From Candidatus Dormiibacterota bacterium (GTDB lineage: Bacteria; Chloroflexota; Dormibacteria; Dormibacterales; Dormibacteraceae): a stretch of 62,309 nucleotides of DNA. The notes below the pieces were generated by a model. That model saw nothing but the letters and a program-made list of their open reading frames with translations. It had not been told where the DNA came from and made no database searches. Shown here in pieces: positions 11,960 to 20,135 of this stretch (position 1 is its first letter; every line of letters begins with the position of its first letter). The DNA lies in the NCBI GenBank assembly GCA_035259145.1, contig DATFWQ010000135.1, positions 1-62,309 on the forward strand, in the 5' to 3' direction. The position numbers were made by a program, and so were the translations under genes.

Positions 11960-12994
11960 TCAGAAAGGGAACCGCGTCAGGTCATGCACCGCGGTGCCTG
12001 GCTGTATGCGGCCGGCCAGCACCACCCTCGGCCGGTGCCGGACGCACTCGGTCGGGTGCACCTCCGGCCGCAGGCTGTTGAAAATCGGGAATCGCAGGGT
12101 GCCGTCGGGCGCCCACTCGGAATAGCGCACACTGATCACAAGCTCTGGCCGGTACCAATCGACCGGCGCAACCATGACCGGCGCCGGCACCATCGGGCAC
12201 TCGTCCACCCTCAGCTCAGCCAGACGGTCAGCGATGGTGGTGGCCACGTCATCGTCGTAGCCTCCAGCCACGGCACCGCAGGGCACCAATCGTCCCATCT
12301 CGTAGTACGCGACCAGCAGCGGTCCGAACGGCTCGCCACGCCGGCGGGCAGTCGAGCCGATGACCACGAAGTCATCGCTCTTGACCGCCTTGACCTTCAG
12401 CCAGAACGGGCTCCGCTGGCCGGGGACGTACGTGGAGTCACGATGCTTGGCCATGACCCCCTCCAGCCCACGATCCAGGCAAGCCTCGTACAGCTCGACG
12501 CCTTGCTTTTCGATGTGGTAAGGCACGAACAGGCGGCCCCCAGGGGTGACGGTGCGCTCGAGCCTGGCCCGGCGCCTGTGCAGAGGCTGCCGAAGCAATG
12601 ACCGGCCGTTCAGGTGCAGGGCGTCGAAAGCGAGGTACGCGAGCGGCGCGGTGTCGACCAGTGCTGCACCGCCCTGCAGCCGCCGCCGGAGCGCCTGGCA
12701 ATCAGGACGACCTTGCTCGTCTGTGACGACCAGCTCGCCGTCGAGGACGGCCCCGAGGGGTACCTGCCGGGTCAGGTCGTGCAGCTCGGGGAGGAGCCCG
12801 GTGATGTCGCTGAGCCCGCGATCCTGCAGGCGAACGCGGCCGTCCCAGTCAACGAACAGCAGGCAGCGGAGGCCATCCCACTTGACCTCGAACAGGTACT
12901 CATCCGAGCTGAAGGGCGCCTCGGCTGACACCGCCTGCATCGGCCGGATGACCGTCGGGAACCCGTCCAGCTCGATGGCGAGCTGGTCGGTCAC
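11960..12994 (-). CDS. ligD: ATP-dependent DNA ligase, LigD-type ligase domain only (NHEJ ligase)
   Basis: Motif I FEVKWDGLRCLL (KxDG), EGVMAKH, and WLKVK. It is 344 aa with no polymerase or phosphoesterase domain, and lies directly downstream of ku. Confidence 0.8.
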   Translation of the reverse strand: MTDQLAIELDGFPTVIRPMQAVSAEAPFSSDEYLFEVKWDGLRCLLFVDWDGRVRLQDRGLSDITGLLPELHDLTRQVPLGAVLDGELVVTDEQGRPDCQALRRRLQGGAALVDTAPLAYLAFDALHLNGRSLLRQPLHRRRARLERTVTPGGRLFVPYHIEKQGVELYEACLDRGLEGVMAKHRDSTYVPGQRSPFWLKVKAVKSDDFVVIGSTARRRGEPFGPLLVAYYEMGRLVPCGAVAGGYDDDVATTIADRLAELRVDECPMVPAPVMVAPVDWYRPELVISVRYSEWAPDGTLRFPIFNSLRPEVHPTECVRHRPRVVLAGRIQPGTAVHDLTRFPF

Positions 12995-13095
12995 AGCCCG
13001 AATAGCCTAGGCCCCTTGCCAGGGCGCCTGCCGCAGACCGCGCACGCAGACATCCCTGCCCGACATCAGCAACCCGGAAGGGCTTGAGCCAGTAC

Positions 13096-13938
13096 CTACC
13101 CGGCTGCAGCTTTGACCCTGGCCGGCTTCCCGCGCGGCCGGGCTCGGCCGGCGCGCTGCTTCTTGGCAGCCTCGACCGAGGCCTTGAGCGCCTCCATCAG
13201 GTCCATGACGGCGGGCGCGGCCTCGACCGCGGGCGCTGTCACGACCTCGGCGCCCTCGACCTTGGCGTTCACGATCTCCATGAGGGCCTGGTGGTAGTTG
13301 TCCTGGTAGCGACTCGGGTCGAATCGCTCCTCGGCGAGACTGTCGACAAGTGCCTTTGCCATCTGGAGCTCTCTTGGGTTGACTTCGACGTCGGCGTTCA
13401 GACCCTTGAGCTCTGCGACCGGCCTGATCTCGTCGGGCCAGTGCAGGGTGTTCATGAGCAACGCGCCGTCTAGCGGCCGCAACGCGCAGAGGTGCTCCCG
13501 GTCACGGAAGGCGACCTTTGCAACCGCGGTCATCCCGGTCTCCTTGAGTGCCCGTCCCAGGAGGTGATAGGGCTTTGCCCCGGCGTGTTCCGGCTCCACA
13601 TAGTAGGCGGACTTGAAGTAAAGACCGGCTTCTATGTCGTCGTTGGGCACGAACTCCCCGATCTCGATCTGGCGCACGGTGGGGAGCGGGAGGTTCTCGA
13701 GCTCGGCCTCCTCGATGACGACGTAGTTGTCCGCGCCGACCTCGTAACCCTTGACGATGTCGGCGAATCCCACCTCGTGATCGCCTGCGGCGCACCAGCG
13801 CTTGTACTTGATTGGGGATAGGTGCTCCCCGCAGAGCTGCCGGAAGGACACCGAATGTGATTCGGTCGCGACATAAAGGCGGACCGGGATGCTCACCATC
13901 CCGAAGCTGATCACGCCTTTCCACATCGAACGCGCCAT
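13096..13938 (-). CDS. ku: Ku protein (non-homologous end joining)
   Basis: The N-terminus MARSMWKGVISFGMVSIPVRLY is the bacterial Ku signature. Basic Lys/Arg-rich C-terminal tail. Confidence 0.95.
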   Translation of the reverse strand: MARSMWKGVISFGMVSIPVRLYVATESHSVSFRQLCGEHLSPIKYKRWCAAGDHEVGFADIVKGYEVGADNYVVIEEAELENLPLPTVRQIEIGEFVPNDDIEAGLYFKSAYYVEPEHAGAKPYHLLGRALKETGMTAVAKVAFRDREHLCALRPLDGALLMNTLHWPDEIRPVAELKGLNADVEVNPRELQMAKALVDSLAEERFDPSRYQDNYHQALMEIVNAKVEGAEVVTAPAVEAAPAVMDLMEALKASVEAAKKQRAGRARPRGKPARVKAAAG

Positions 13939-13990
13939 TTACTGCGGATGTTACCCGACGCCTACGGATTTGCGGACGACTTCTAACAAG

Positions 13991-15610
13991 TCAGCTGGCT
14001 ACGTCGCGGTAGTGCATGGCAGCCAGCCCGATTCCGAATCCGACGACGATGACGGCAGCCAGCGCCCAGAATCCGGTCCAGAAGACGCCTGTCGTGAGCG
14101 GTGTCCCATACAGGGTGAATACCGACAGATCGAGCGCCCAGCTCGGCCACCTGAACAGCGGACCGACCTGCTGGATGAGGTAGCCGGCGACTGCCACGAG
14201 CGACAGGACAGGAACAGCCAGCCGGGGCCAACGGGCGATGATCGCTGCACCCAGACCACCAAAGGCCAGAGCCAGAGGCACCAGCAGCGCGGTCGCGACC
14301 AGCAGACGGCCGGTTTCCGGGTGGATGTCCTGCGCGGGCGCCCCGGCGGCGACGACGACCGACCCCAGGCCGGCGATCACGGACGATGCCGCGGCCAGTG
14401 TGAAACCGCGCTCGAGAACCACACGAGCGCGTGAGACGGGTTGCGCGATGGTCATCTCCAGCCGGCCCTCGGCATCATCCGCGGCCCACCGAGCGACCTG
14501 GCTGATCGCATAGGCCGCGAGGATGAAGGCCGCAAAGCCGAACCAGAACAACGCAAGCAAGACCAAGTTGGGATCGGTGCCGAAGCCGGCCTGGAGATAC
14601 CCGCGGAGGGTCTCGTTGGAGCGGATCAAGTCGGCCGTCGAACGAGCCAGGGACAGGATGAACGCAGCCAGCAGCATCGTGCCGATGGCCCAGCTCAGGA
14701 GCACCCACCGTTGCTCATAAAGGGCACTGAAGACCGGCAACCGCAACAGCGGGTTGGCAGAAGGCGTTCGCACGGCTGCTGCAGTCACGCGCCGCCGCCG
14801 GACCAACGACGCCCCGATGTCCCGCACAGCGAACGCGTAGGCGGATAGAACGGTCATGATCGCAGCGGCCGCGAATAGAGCGATCGTGGCCGGGAGATCG
14901 AACACACCTCCTGGCGCCACCGCGGTGGTCCGGTTGTAGAGGTGGAACGGCGAGATCCGGCTCCAGCCCTCCAGACCCGAGTTGACGCGGCTCAGACTGT
15001 CGAGGAAAAACAGGGCCAGCAGTACCACGCCGCCGAGGGCCGAAGCGCCTCGTCGCGTGGTGACCAGCTGAGCGGCAAGGAGGCCTGCGCCGAAGCTGGC
15101 GACAGTAACGCCGAGCAGCGCCAGGCTGACTTCCAGCACGGCGCCGAGATCGAGTGAGCCGTCTGCGGCTGCAGCGCCGGCGAACGCACCCAGCGCAGTC
15201 ACCACGACCACGCCGGCGGCGGCAAGCGTAAAGGCAGCAGAACGAGCAGCCATCAGGCGCAGCCGGCCAACAGTGGATGCAAGCCACTGCTCGATCAGGC
15301 CACGTTCCTCCTCGTTCCGGATCGCTCCTGTGGCGGCCATGAGCGCCCAGAAGCAGGTGATGATGTAAACGAATCCGAATCCACGCCACTGCACGTAACC
15401 GGCAAGCGTCTCGGGGTGGATCGGTAACGGGATGAGGTACGCGACTTGCGGCGCCAGCGCCTGCATCTGCGCGCCGAAGGCGGCTCGCTCAGCGGGTGTC
15501 TGGCCGGCGGCCGCCGCGAAGCCCTCCGTCTCGACAAACATGGTGACGAAGGAAAGGGCCGCACCGACAAGGAAGCCGGTCCTGTGGGCACGAAGCGCGA
15601 TCCGAAGCAT
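13991..15610 (-). CDS. ABC transporter permease (ABC-2-like, about 12 hydrophobic segments)
   Basis: Highly hydrophobic 539-aa product. Its start overlaps the stop of the upstream ABC ATPase gene by 1 nt. Confidence 0.7.
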   Translation of the reverse strand: MLRIALRAHRTGFLVGAALSFVTMFVETEGFAAAAGQTPAERAAFGAQMQALAPQVAYLIPLPIHPETLAGYVQWRGFGFVYIITCFWALMAATGAIRNEEERGLIEQWLASTVGRLRLMAARSAAFTLAAAGVVVVTALGAFAGAAAADGSLDLGAVLEVSLALLGVTVASFGAGLLAAQLVTTRRGASALGGVVLLALFFLDSLSRVNSGLEGWSRISPFHLYNRTTAVAPGGVFDLPATIALFAAAAIMTVLSAYAFAVRDIGASLVRRRRVTAAAVRTPSANPLLRLPVFSALYEQRWVLLSWAIGTMLLAAFILSLARSTADLIRSNETLRGYLQAGFGTDPNLVLLALFWFGFAAFILAAYAISQVARWAADDAEGRLEMTIAQPVSRARVVLERGFTLAAASSVIAGLGSVVVAAGAPAQDIHPETGRLLVATALLVPLALAFGGLGAAIIARWPRLAVPVLSLVAVAGYLIQQVGPLFRWPSWALDLSVFTLYGTPLTTGVFWTGFWALAAVIVVGFGIGLAAMHYRDVAS

Positions 15611-16533
15611 CAGCTTGCCCTCGCAGCCTCGCTGAGCATCCCGGCCGAGTCGTCGCGATAGTAGGCCAGGAAGGTCTCCTCCAGGCTGGGCTCGTGGCTG
15701 ACCATGTTGATGACCTCGCCCCGCTCCAGGGCCGTCAGCAGCGGGCTAAAGCTGCCGCGCACCACGCATGTGAGGCGTTGGCCCTGGACAGAGACCTGCT
15801 CCACGCCTGCGGCCGCTCGAACCGCGTCAGCGGGCACCTGCCCTGCAAAGTCGACTTCGACGTGGTGGTAACGGATGTGGTGGAGCTCGTCCAGCCTGGC
15901 GATCTGGACCAGGCGGCCCTGCCGGATGATCGCGACCCGCTGGCAGATCTGCTCGACCTCGCTGAGCACGTGCGAAGAGAGGAAGATCGTCGCTCCGCGA
16001 TCCCGCGCCTCGTGCACCATCAGGTGGAACTCCTGCTGGTTGAGGGGGTCGAGGCCGCTCGTGGGCTCGTCCAGGATGAGCAGTCGCGGTTCGTGCATCA
16101 AGGCCAGGACCAGGCCCAACTTCTGTTTGTTGCCTCGCGAATACTCACGGAAGCGACGACCGAGGTCAAGGTCGAGCCGCTCGGCCAGCGCCACGATCCG
16201 CCCGCTGTCCACGCCTCCCCGCAGGCCGGCTACGTAGCTGACCACCTCGCGCCCGCGGAGGCCGCCAAACTGGGGCAGCTCCCCGGGCATGTAGCCGACG
16301 AGACGCTTGACCTCGACGGGCTTCGCCTGACAGTCCACGCCGAAGACCTCGGCCCGGCCCCGCGTGGGCCGGATCATGTCCATGAGCAGCCTGATGGTCG
16401 TGGTCTTGCCCGCGCCGTTCGGGCCCAGGTAGCCGAAGACTTCGCCTGCCGCCACCTCGAGATCGAGGTCGAACAACCCCCTACCCTGGCCGTAGTCCTT
16501 GGTCAGCCCTTCGGTCCGGAGGGCACCTGTCAT
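15610..16533 (-). CDS. ABC transporter ATP-binding protein
   Basis: Walker A GPNGAGKTT, signature SRGNKQKL, Walker B LLILDEPTSGLD. Confidence 0.9.
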   Translation of the reverse strand: MTGALRTEGLTKDYGQGRGLFDLDLEVAAGEVFGYLGPNGAGKTTTIRLLMDMIRPTRGRAEVFGVDCQAKPVEVKRLVGYMPGELPQFGGLRGREVVSYVAGLRGGVDSGRIVALAERLDLDLGRRFREYSRGNKQKLGLVLALMHEPRLLILDEPTSGLDPLNQQEFHLMVHEARDRGATIFLSSHVLSEVEQICQRVAIIRQGRLVQIARLDELHHIRYHHVEVDFAGQVPADAVRAAAGVEQVSVQGQRLTCVVRGSFSPLLTALERGEVINMVSHEPSLEETFLAYYRDDSAGMLSEAARAS

Positions 16534-16728
16534 ACCTGCCTCCTCAGCGCCGTCACTGGCGCCTTCCTGCTCACAACCTTCACATTGACAACGCGCCGCC
16601 CCTGGGTCTGGGTCCCGCAGCTGCGCTCCTGGTGTACGCCCTGGAATGTTAGGGTAACCGAAATATAGTTCAGGGGTTAGCCTCTTATTTGGAAGATGAG
16701 AGCCAGTGCGCGGCGGTTACCCTGAGGC

Positions 16729-17619
16729 GTGATGCGCCTGGGTGACTTCGAGATCCACCTGATGGTCGCCGGCGGCTGGCACCCGGACGGCGGAACGCTT
16801 TTCGGTGTCGTGCCCAAATCACTCTGGCAGCGCCGGCGCCCCGCCGACGAGAACAACCTCATCCGGACCGCTTGTGTAGCCGCCGTGGCGAGGTATCGCG
16901 GCAGGACCATCGTGTGCGAGACGGGCATCGGCACCAAGCTGACCGAGAAGCAGGCCCGCCAGTTCGGCGTCTGGGAGCCCGACGCGCTGCTGACGTCGCT
17001 GCAGCGCCTCGGCGTACGGCCCGACGAGGTCGACTTCGTGCTGACTAGCCACCTGCACTGGGACCACGCCGGGGGCTTGACGCGTCGAGACCGGGACGGC
17101 AGCCTTCGGTTGACCTTTCCGCGAGCCAGGCACGTCATCCAGCGCGCCGAATGGGACTTCGCACTCCGCCCGGACCCACGCTCGAGGGCCGGCTACATGG
17201 AGGACGATCTCCTGCCGATCGCCGACGCTGGGCTCGTTGAGTTCGTGAACGGTGAAGCAGAGGTCCTGCCAGGACTCTGGGTCCGCCAGACAGGTGGTCA
17301 CACCCCGGGTCACCAGCTTGTCGTCTTTCGGGTTTCGGAGGATCTGGCCTGCGCGGTGACCGGTGACCTGCTGGGTCTGCAACAGCACCTGCGCGTCCCC
17401 TGGGTGCCCGCGGCAGACCTGGATGTACTGCGTACTATCGAGGAGAAGACGCGGCTGCTGGAGGAGGCCTCTCGTCACCGGTGGCTGCTAGTGCTTGGCC
17501 ACGAGGTTCAGCAGCCTGCGGGTTATGTCGACGCCACTGGGGAGTGGACGCCCGCGCCGGAGCTGAACGAGCCTGTGCAGGACGAGCTCATGGGGGGCAT
17601 TCAGACCCCAGGTCGCTGA
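16729..17619 (+). CDS. MBL-fold metallo-hydrolase
   Basis: SHLHWDHAGG (HxHxDH) motif and a downstream GHTPGH. Confidence 0.75.
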   Translation: MMRLGDFEIHLMVAGGWHPDGGTLFGVVPKSLWQRRRPADENNLIRTACVAAVARYRGRTIVCETGIGTKLTEKQARQFGVWEPDALLTSLQRLGVRPDEVDFVLTSHLHWDHAGGLTRRDRDGSLRLTFPRARHVIQRAEWDFALRPDPRSRAGYMEDDLLPIADAGLVEFVNGEAEVLPGLWVRQTGGHTPGHQLVVFRVSEDLACAVTGDLLGLQQHLRVPWVPAADLDVLRTIEEKTRLLEEASRHRWLLVLGHEVQQPAGYVDATGEWTPAPELNEPVQDELMGGIQTPGR

Positions 17620-17751
17620 TCTTTCAATGGCCCAGCCACGTTATCTGACCGTCATGACGTTGCTGCAGGACGGAAAGTACCGATGCGCAGCCACCCTGCT
17701 CGGTGCCGGCGAGGGGGGAGTCCTTAACAACCCCTCTTGGCAAGCGGCCGG

Positions 17752-19287
17752 ATGCTGCCTAGGCTGCCAGGCGTGGTTGCAAGGGTGCTCAGCTGCCTCC
17801 TCCGCGGTCTCGAAGGCCACCTGGTTGAAATTCAGGTCGACATCTCGAGTGGCCCGGTCGGCTTCGCCCTCGTGGGCCTTGCCAGCGGCTCAGTCCGTGA
17901 AGCGAAGGAGCGTGTCCGCTCCGCCATTCACAATAGCGGGCTCCCGTTTCCTTCCCAGCGCAAGCTGACCGTCAACCTGGCCCCTGCCGAGCTCCGCAAG
18001 GACGGCGCCGGGCTCGATCTCGCCATCGGCGTAGGCATAAGCCTCGCGGCGCTCGGCCTCCCATCCCCTCGCAGCACGGCCTTCCTGGGCGAGCTGGCCC
18101 TCGATGGCGCAGTTCGTCACGTCGACGGTGTCCTGGTGGCTGCCCGTGGCCTGATCCGCCATGGAGTCGGGGCGCTGTTCGTTCCCGAGGCGGACGCCGC
18201 CGAGGCCGCCCTGGCCGGCGGTCTTCGTGTCTACCCTTGCCCAAGCCTGAGCATCGCGATGGCTCACCTGACGGGAGATACTCTGCTCGATCCGTACTCG
18301 GGCAGGGCCCCCGCGCCCGCGGCCGCCGACGCAAGCCCAGAGCACGACCTGGCCGAAGTCCAGGGTCAAGACTCGGCCCGCAGAGCTCTGGAGGTCGCGG
18401 CGTCTGGGGGACACAACCTCCTGATGTATGGCCCCCCGGGCGCTGGCAAGACCATGCTCGCACGCACGCTGCCTGGCCTGCTTCCGCCGCTCGAGTTGCA
18501 GGAGGCGCTGGAGCTGGCGCAGGTCCGCAGTGTGCTGGGTGACCTCACGGCCGGCCGGCCGCTTGAATGGGTGCGCCCCTTCAGGGCCCCGCACCACTCC
18601 GTGTCCCTGGCAGGCCTCATCGGCGGTGGCTCAGGCCTGGCCACGCCCGGGGAGATAAGCAGAGCGCACCACGGAGTGCTGTTTCTGGACGAGCTTGCCG
18701 AGTTTCGGGCCGCCACCCTGCAGGCACTGAGGCAGCCGATGGAGCAGGGCCACATAGTGATCACTCGTCGCAGCGGCTCGGTCGTCTACCCGGCGCGCTT
18801 TCAGCTGGTTGCCGCCACGAACCCGTGCCCGTGCGGCTGGGAGGGCGATTCACAACGCAGCTGCAGGTGCACGCCGGCGTCCGTCGAGGCGTACCAGCGC
18901 ACGTTGTCTGGCCCGCTGCTGGACCGCATCGATCTCCAGGTCGTTGTGGCCAGAACGCCCATGGACGTACTCGGCAGAGAAGCTGTCGGCGAGTCCTCGG
19001 CCGCCGTCCGTGCTCGCGTCGTCGCTGCAAGACAGCTCCAGATCGATCGCCAGAGCACGCTCAATGCAGGGTTGCGGGCGCCTCAGCTCCGGCGGTGGGC
19101 ACCTCTGGACGCGACCGCCCTTTCAGCATTGCGCCGGTGGGCCGGCCAGCGTGGTTTGAGTGCCCGCGGCTTCCACCGAGCCTGGCGTGTTGCACGCACT
19201 ATCGCGGATCTCGACACGGGGGGACCGGTCCGCGAGCACCACGTCATGGAGGCGTTGGGGTACCGCCTTGTCGAACGAGCTGCCTGA
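17752..19287 (+). CDS. comM: YifB/ComM family Mg-chelatase-like AAA ATPase
   Basis: GLPSF-like VGLA region, Walker A GPPGAGKTM, VLFLDEL, and a C-terminal Cys cluster. Start is ambiguous (TTG 17737, ATG 17752, GTG 17773). Confidence 0.9.
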   Translation: MLPRLPGVVARVLSCLLRGLEGHLVEIQVDISSGPVGFALVGLASGSVREAKERVRSAIHNSGLPFPSQRKLTVNLAPAELRKDGAGLDLAIGVGISLAALGLPSPRSTAFLGELALDGAVRHVDGVLVAARGLIRHGVGALFVPEADAAEAALAGGLRVYPCPSLSIAMAHLTGDTLLDPYSGRAPAPAAADASPEHDLAEVQGQDSARRALEVAASGGHNLLMYGPPGAGKTMLARTLPGLLPPLELQEALELAQVRSVLGDLTAGRPLEWVRPFRAPHHSVSLAGLIGGGSGLATPGEISRAHHGVLFLDELAEFRAATLQALRQPMEQGHIVITRRSGSVVYPARFQLVAATNPCPCGWEGDSQRSCRCTPASVEAYQRTLSGPLLDRIDLQVVVARTPMDVLGREAVGESSAAVRARVVAARQLQIDRQSTLNAGLRAPQLRRWAPLDATALSALRRWAGQRGLSARGFHRAWRVARTIADLDTGGPVREHHVMEALGYRLVERAA

Positions 19288-20110
19288 GCTGAGAGTTCGA
19301 GGGCGCTGGCCGCCGCCCTGCTGTCCGAAGGTGGCGATCGTGGGTGCGCGCCGTCCCACGCCATACGGCGAGGCTGTGGCCGAGCGCCTCGCCACCGATC
19401 TTGCGCACGCCGGCGTGGCCGTGGTCAGCGGCCTCGCGGTCGGTGTCGACGCGGCTGCGCACGAGGGCGCGCTCATTGGTGAGGGCTGCACGATCGCTGT
19501 TCTCGGCACCGGGGTTGACGTCATCTACCCCGCTGCAAACACAGACCTGGCGGCCCGTATTGTCGCGGGTGGCGGCGCACTCGTGAGTCAGTTTCCGGAC
19601 GGCACCGGCCCGAAGCGGGATCACTTCCCTAGGCGGAACTGGACGATGGCTGCGCTCGCTGACCTCGTGGTAGTGGTGGAGGCCGCTGAGGGCTCGGGCG
19701 CGCTGATCACGGCCGAGGCTGGCCTTGCCCAGGGCAAGGCGGTCATGGCGGTCCCGGGCAGCGTGTTCTCCCCCCTCAGCGTGGGGTGCCATCAGCTCCT
19801 ACGTGACGGCGCGGGACTTGTTCAGAACGCTCGCGACGTGCTTGGCGAGCTCAACGGGCTTACGGCGGTGCTGGACGACCCCCTGACGCCGCCTGACCGC
19901 CTCGCGGTCGAGGGAGAGGCACCCAGAGGGCGGGACGGCCTGCTGCGACACCTGTCAGACGCTTATCCTGTCGAGCCGGGTGACCTGGCCCGCCGTTTGG
20001 GGCTTGCATTCCCCGACGTGGTCGCTAGACTGACCCGACTTGAACTCGAAGGGAAGGCCCGCAGGATGGGGGCCGGTTACCTTAGAGTGCGCGGCCGCGG
20101 AATGACTTGA
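19268..20110 (+). CDS. dprA: DNA-processing protein DprA
   Basis: VAIVGARRPTPYGE...VVSGLAVGVDAAAHEGAL Rossmann-fold signature. In-frame TTG 19268 is preferred over 19160, which overlaps comM by 128 nt. Confidence 0.85.
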   Translation: MSNELPELRVRGRWPPPCCPKVAIVGARRPTPYGEAVAERLATDLAHAGVAVVSGLAVGVDAAAHEGALIGEGCTIAVLGTGVDVIYPAANTDLAARIVAGGGALVSQFPDGTGPKRDHFPRRNWTMAALADLVVVVEAAEGSGALITAEAGLAQGKAVMAVPGSVFSPLSVGCHQLLRDGAGLVQNARDVLGELNGLTAVLDDPLTPPDRLAVEGEAPRGRDGLLRHLSDAYPVEPGDLARRLGLAFPDVVARLTRLELEGKARRMGAGYLRVRGRGMT

Positions 20111-20135
20111 CCGGCACGGGGGTATTCAGAGCGCT

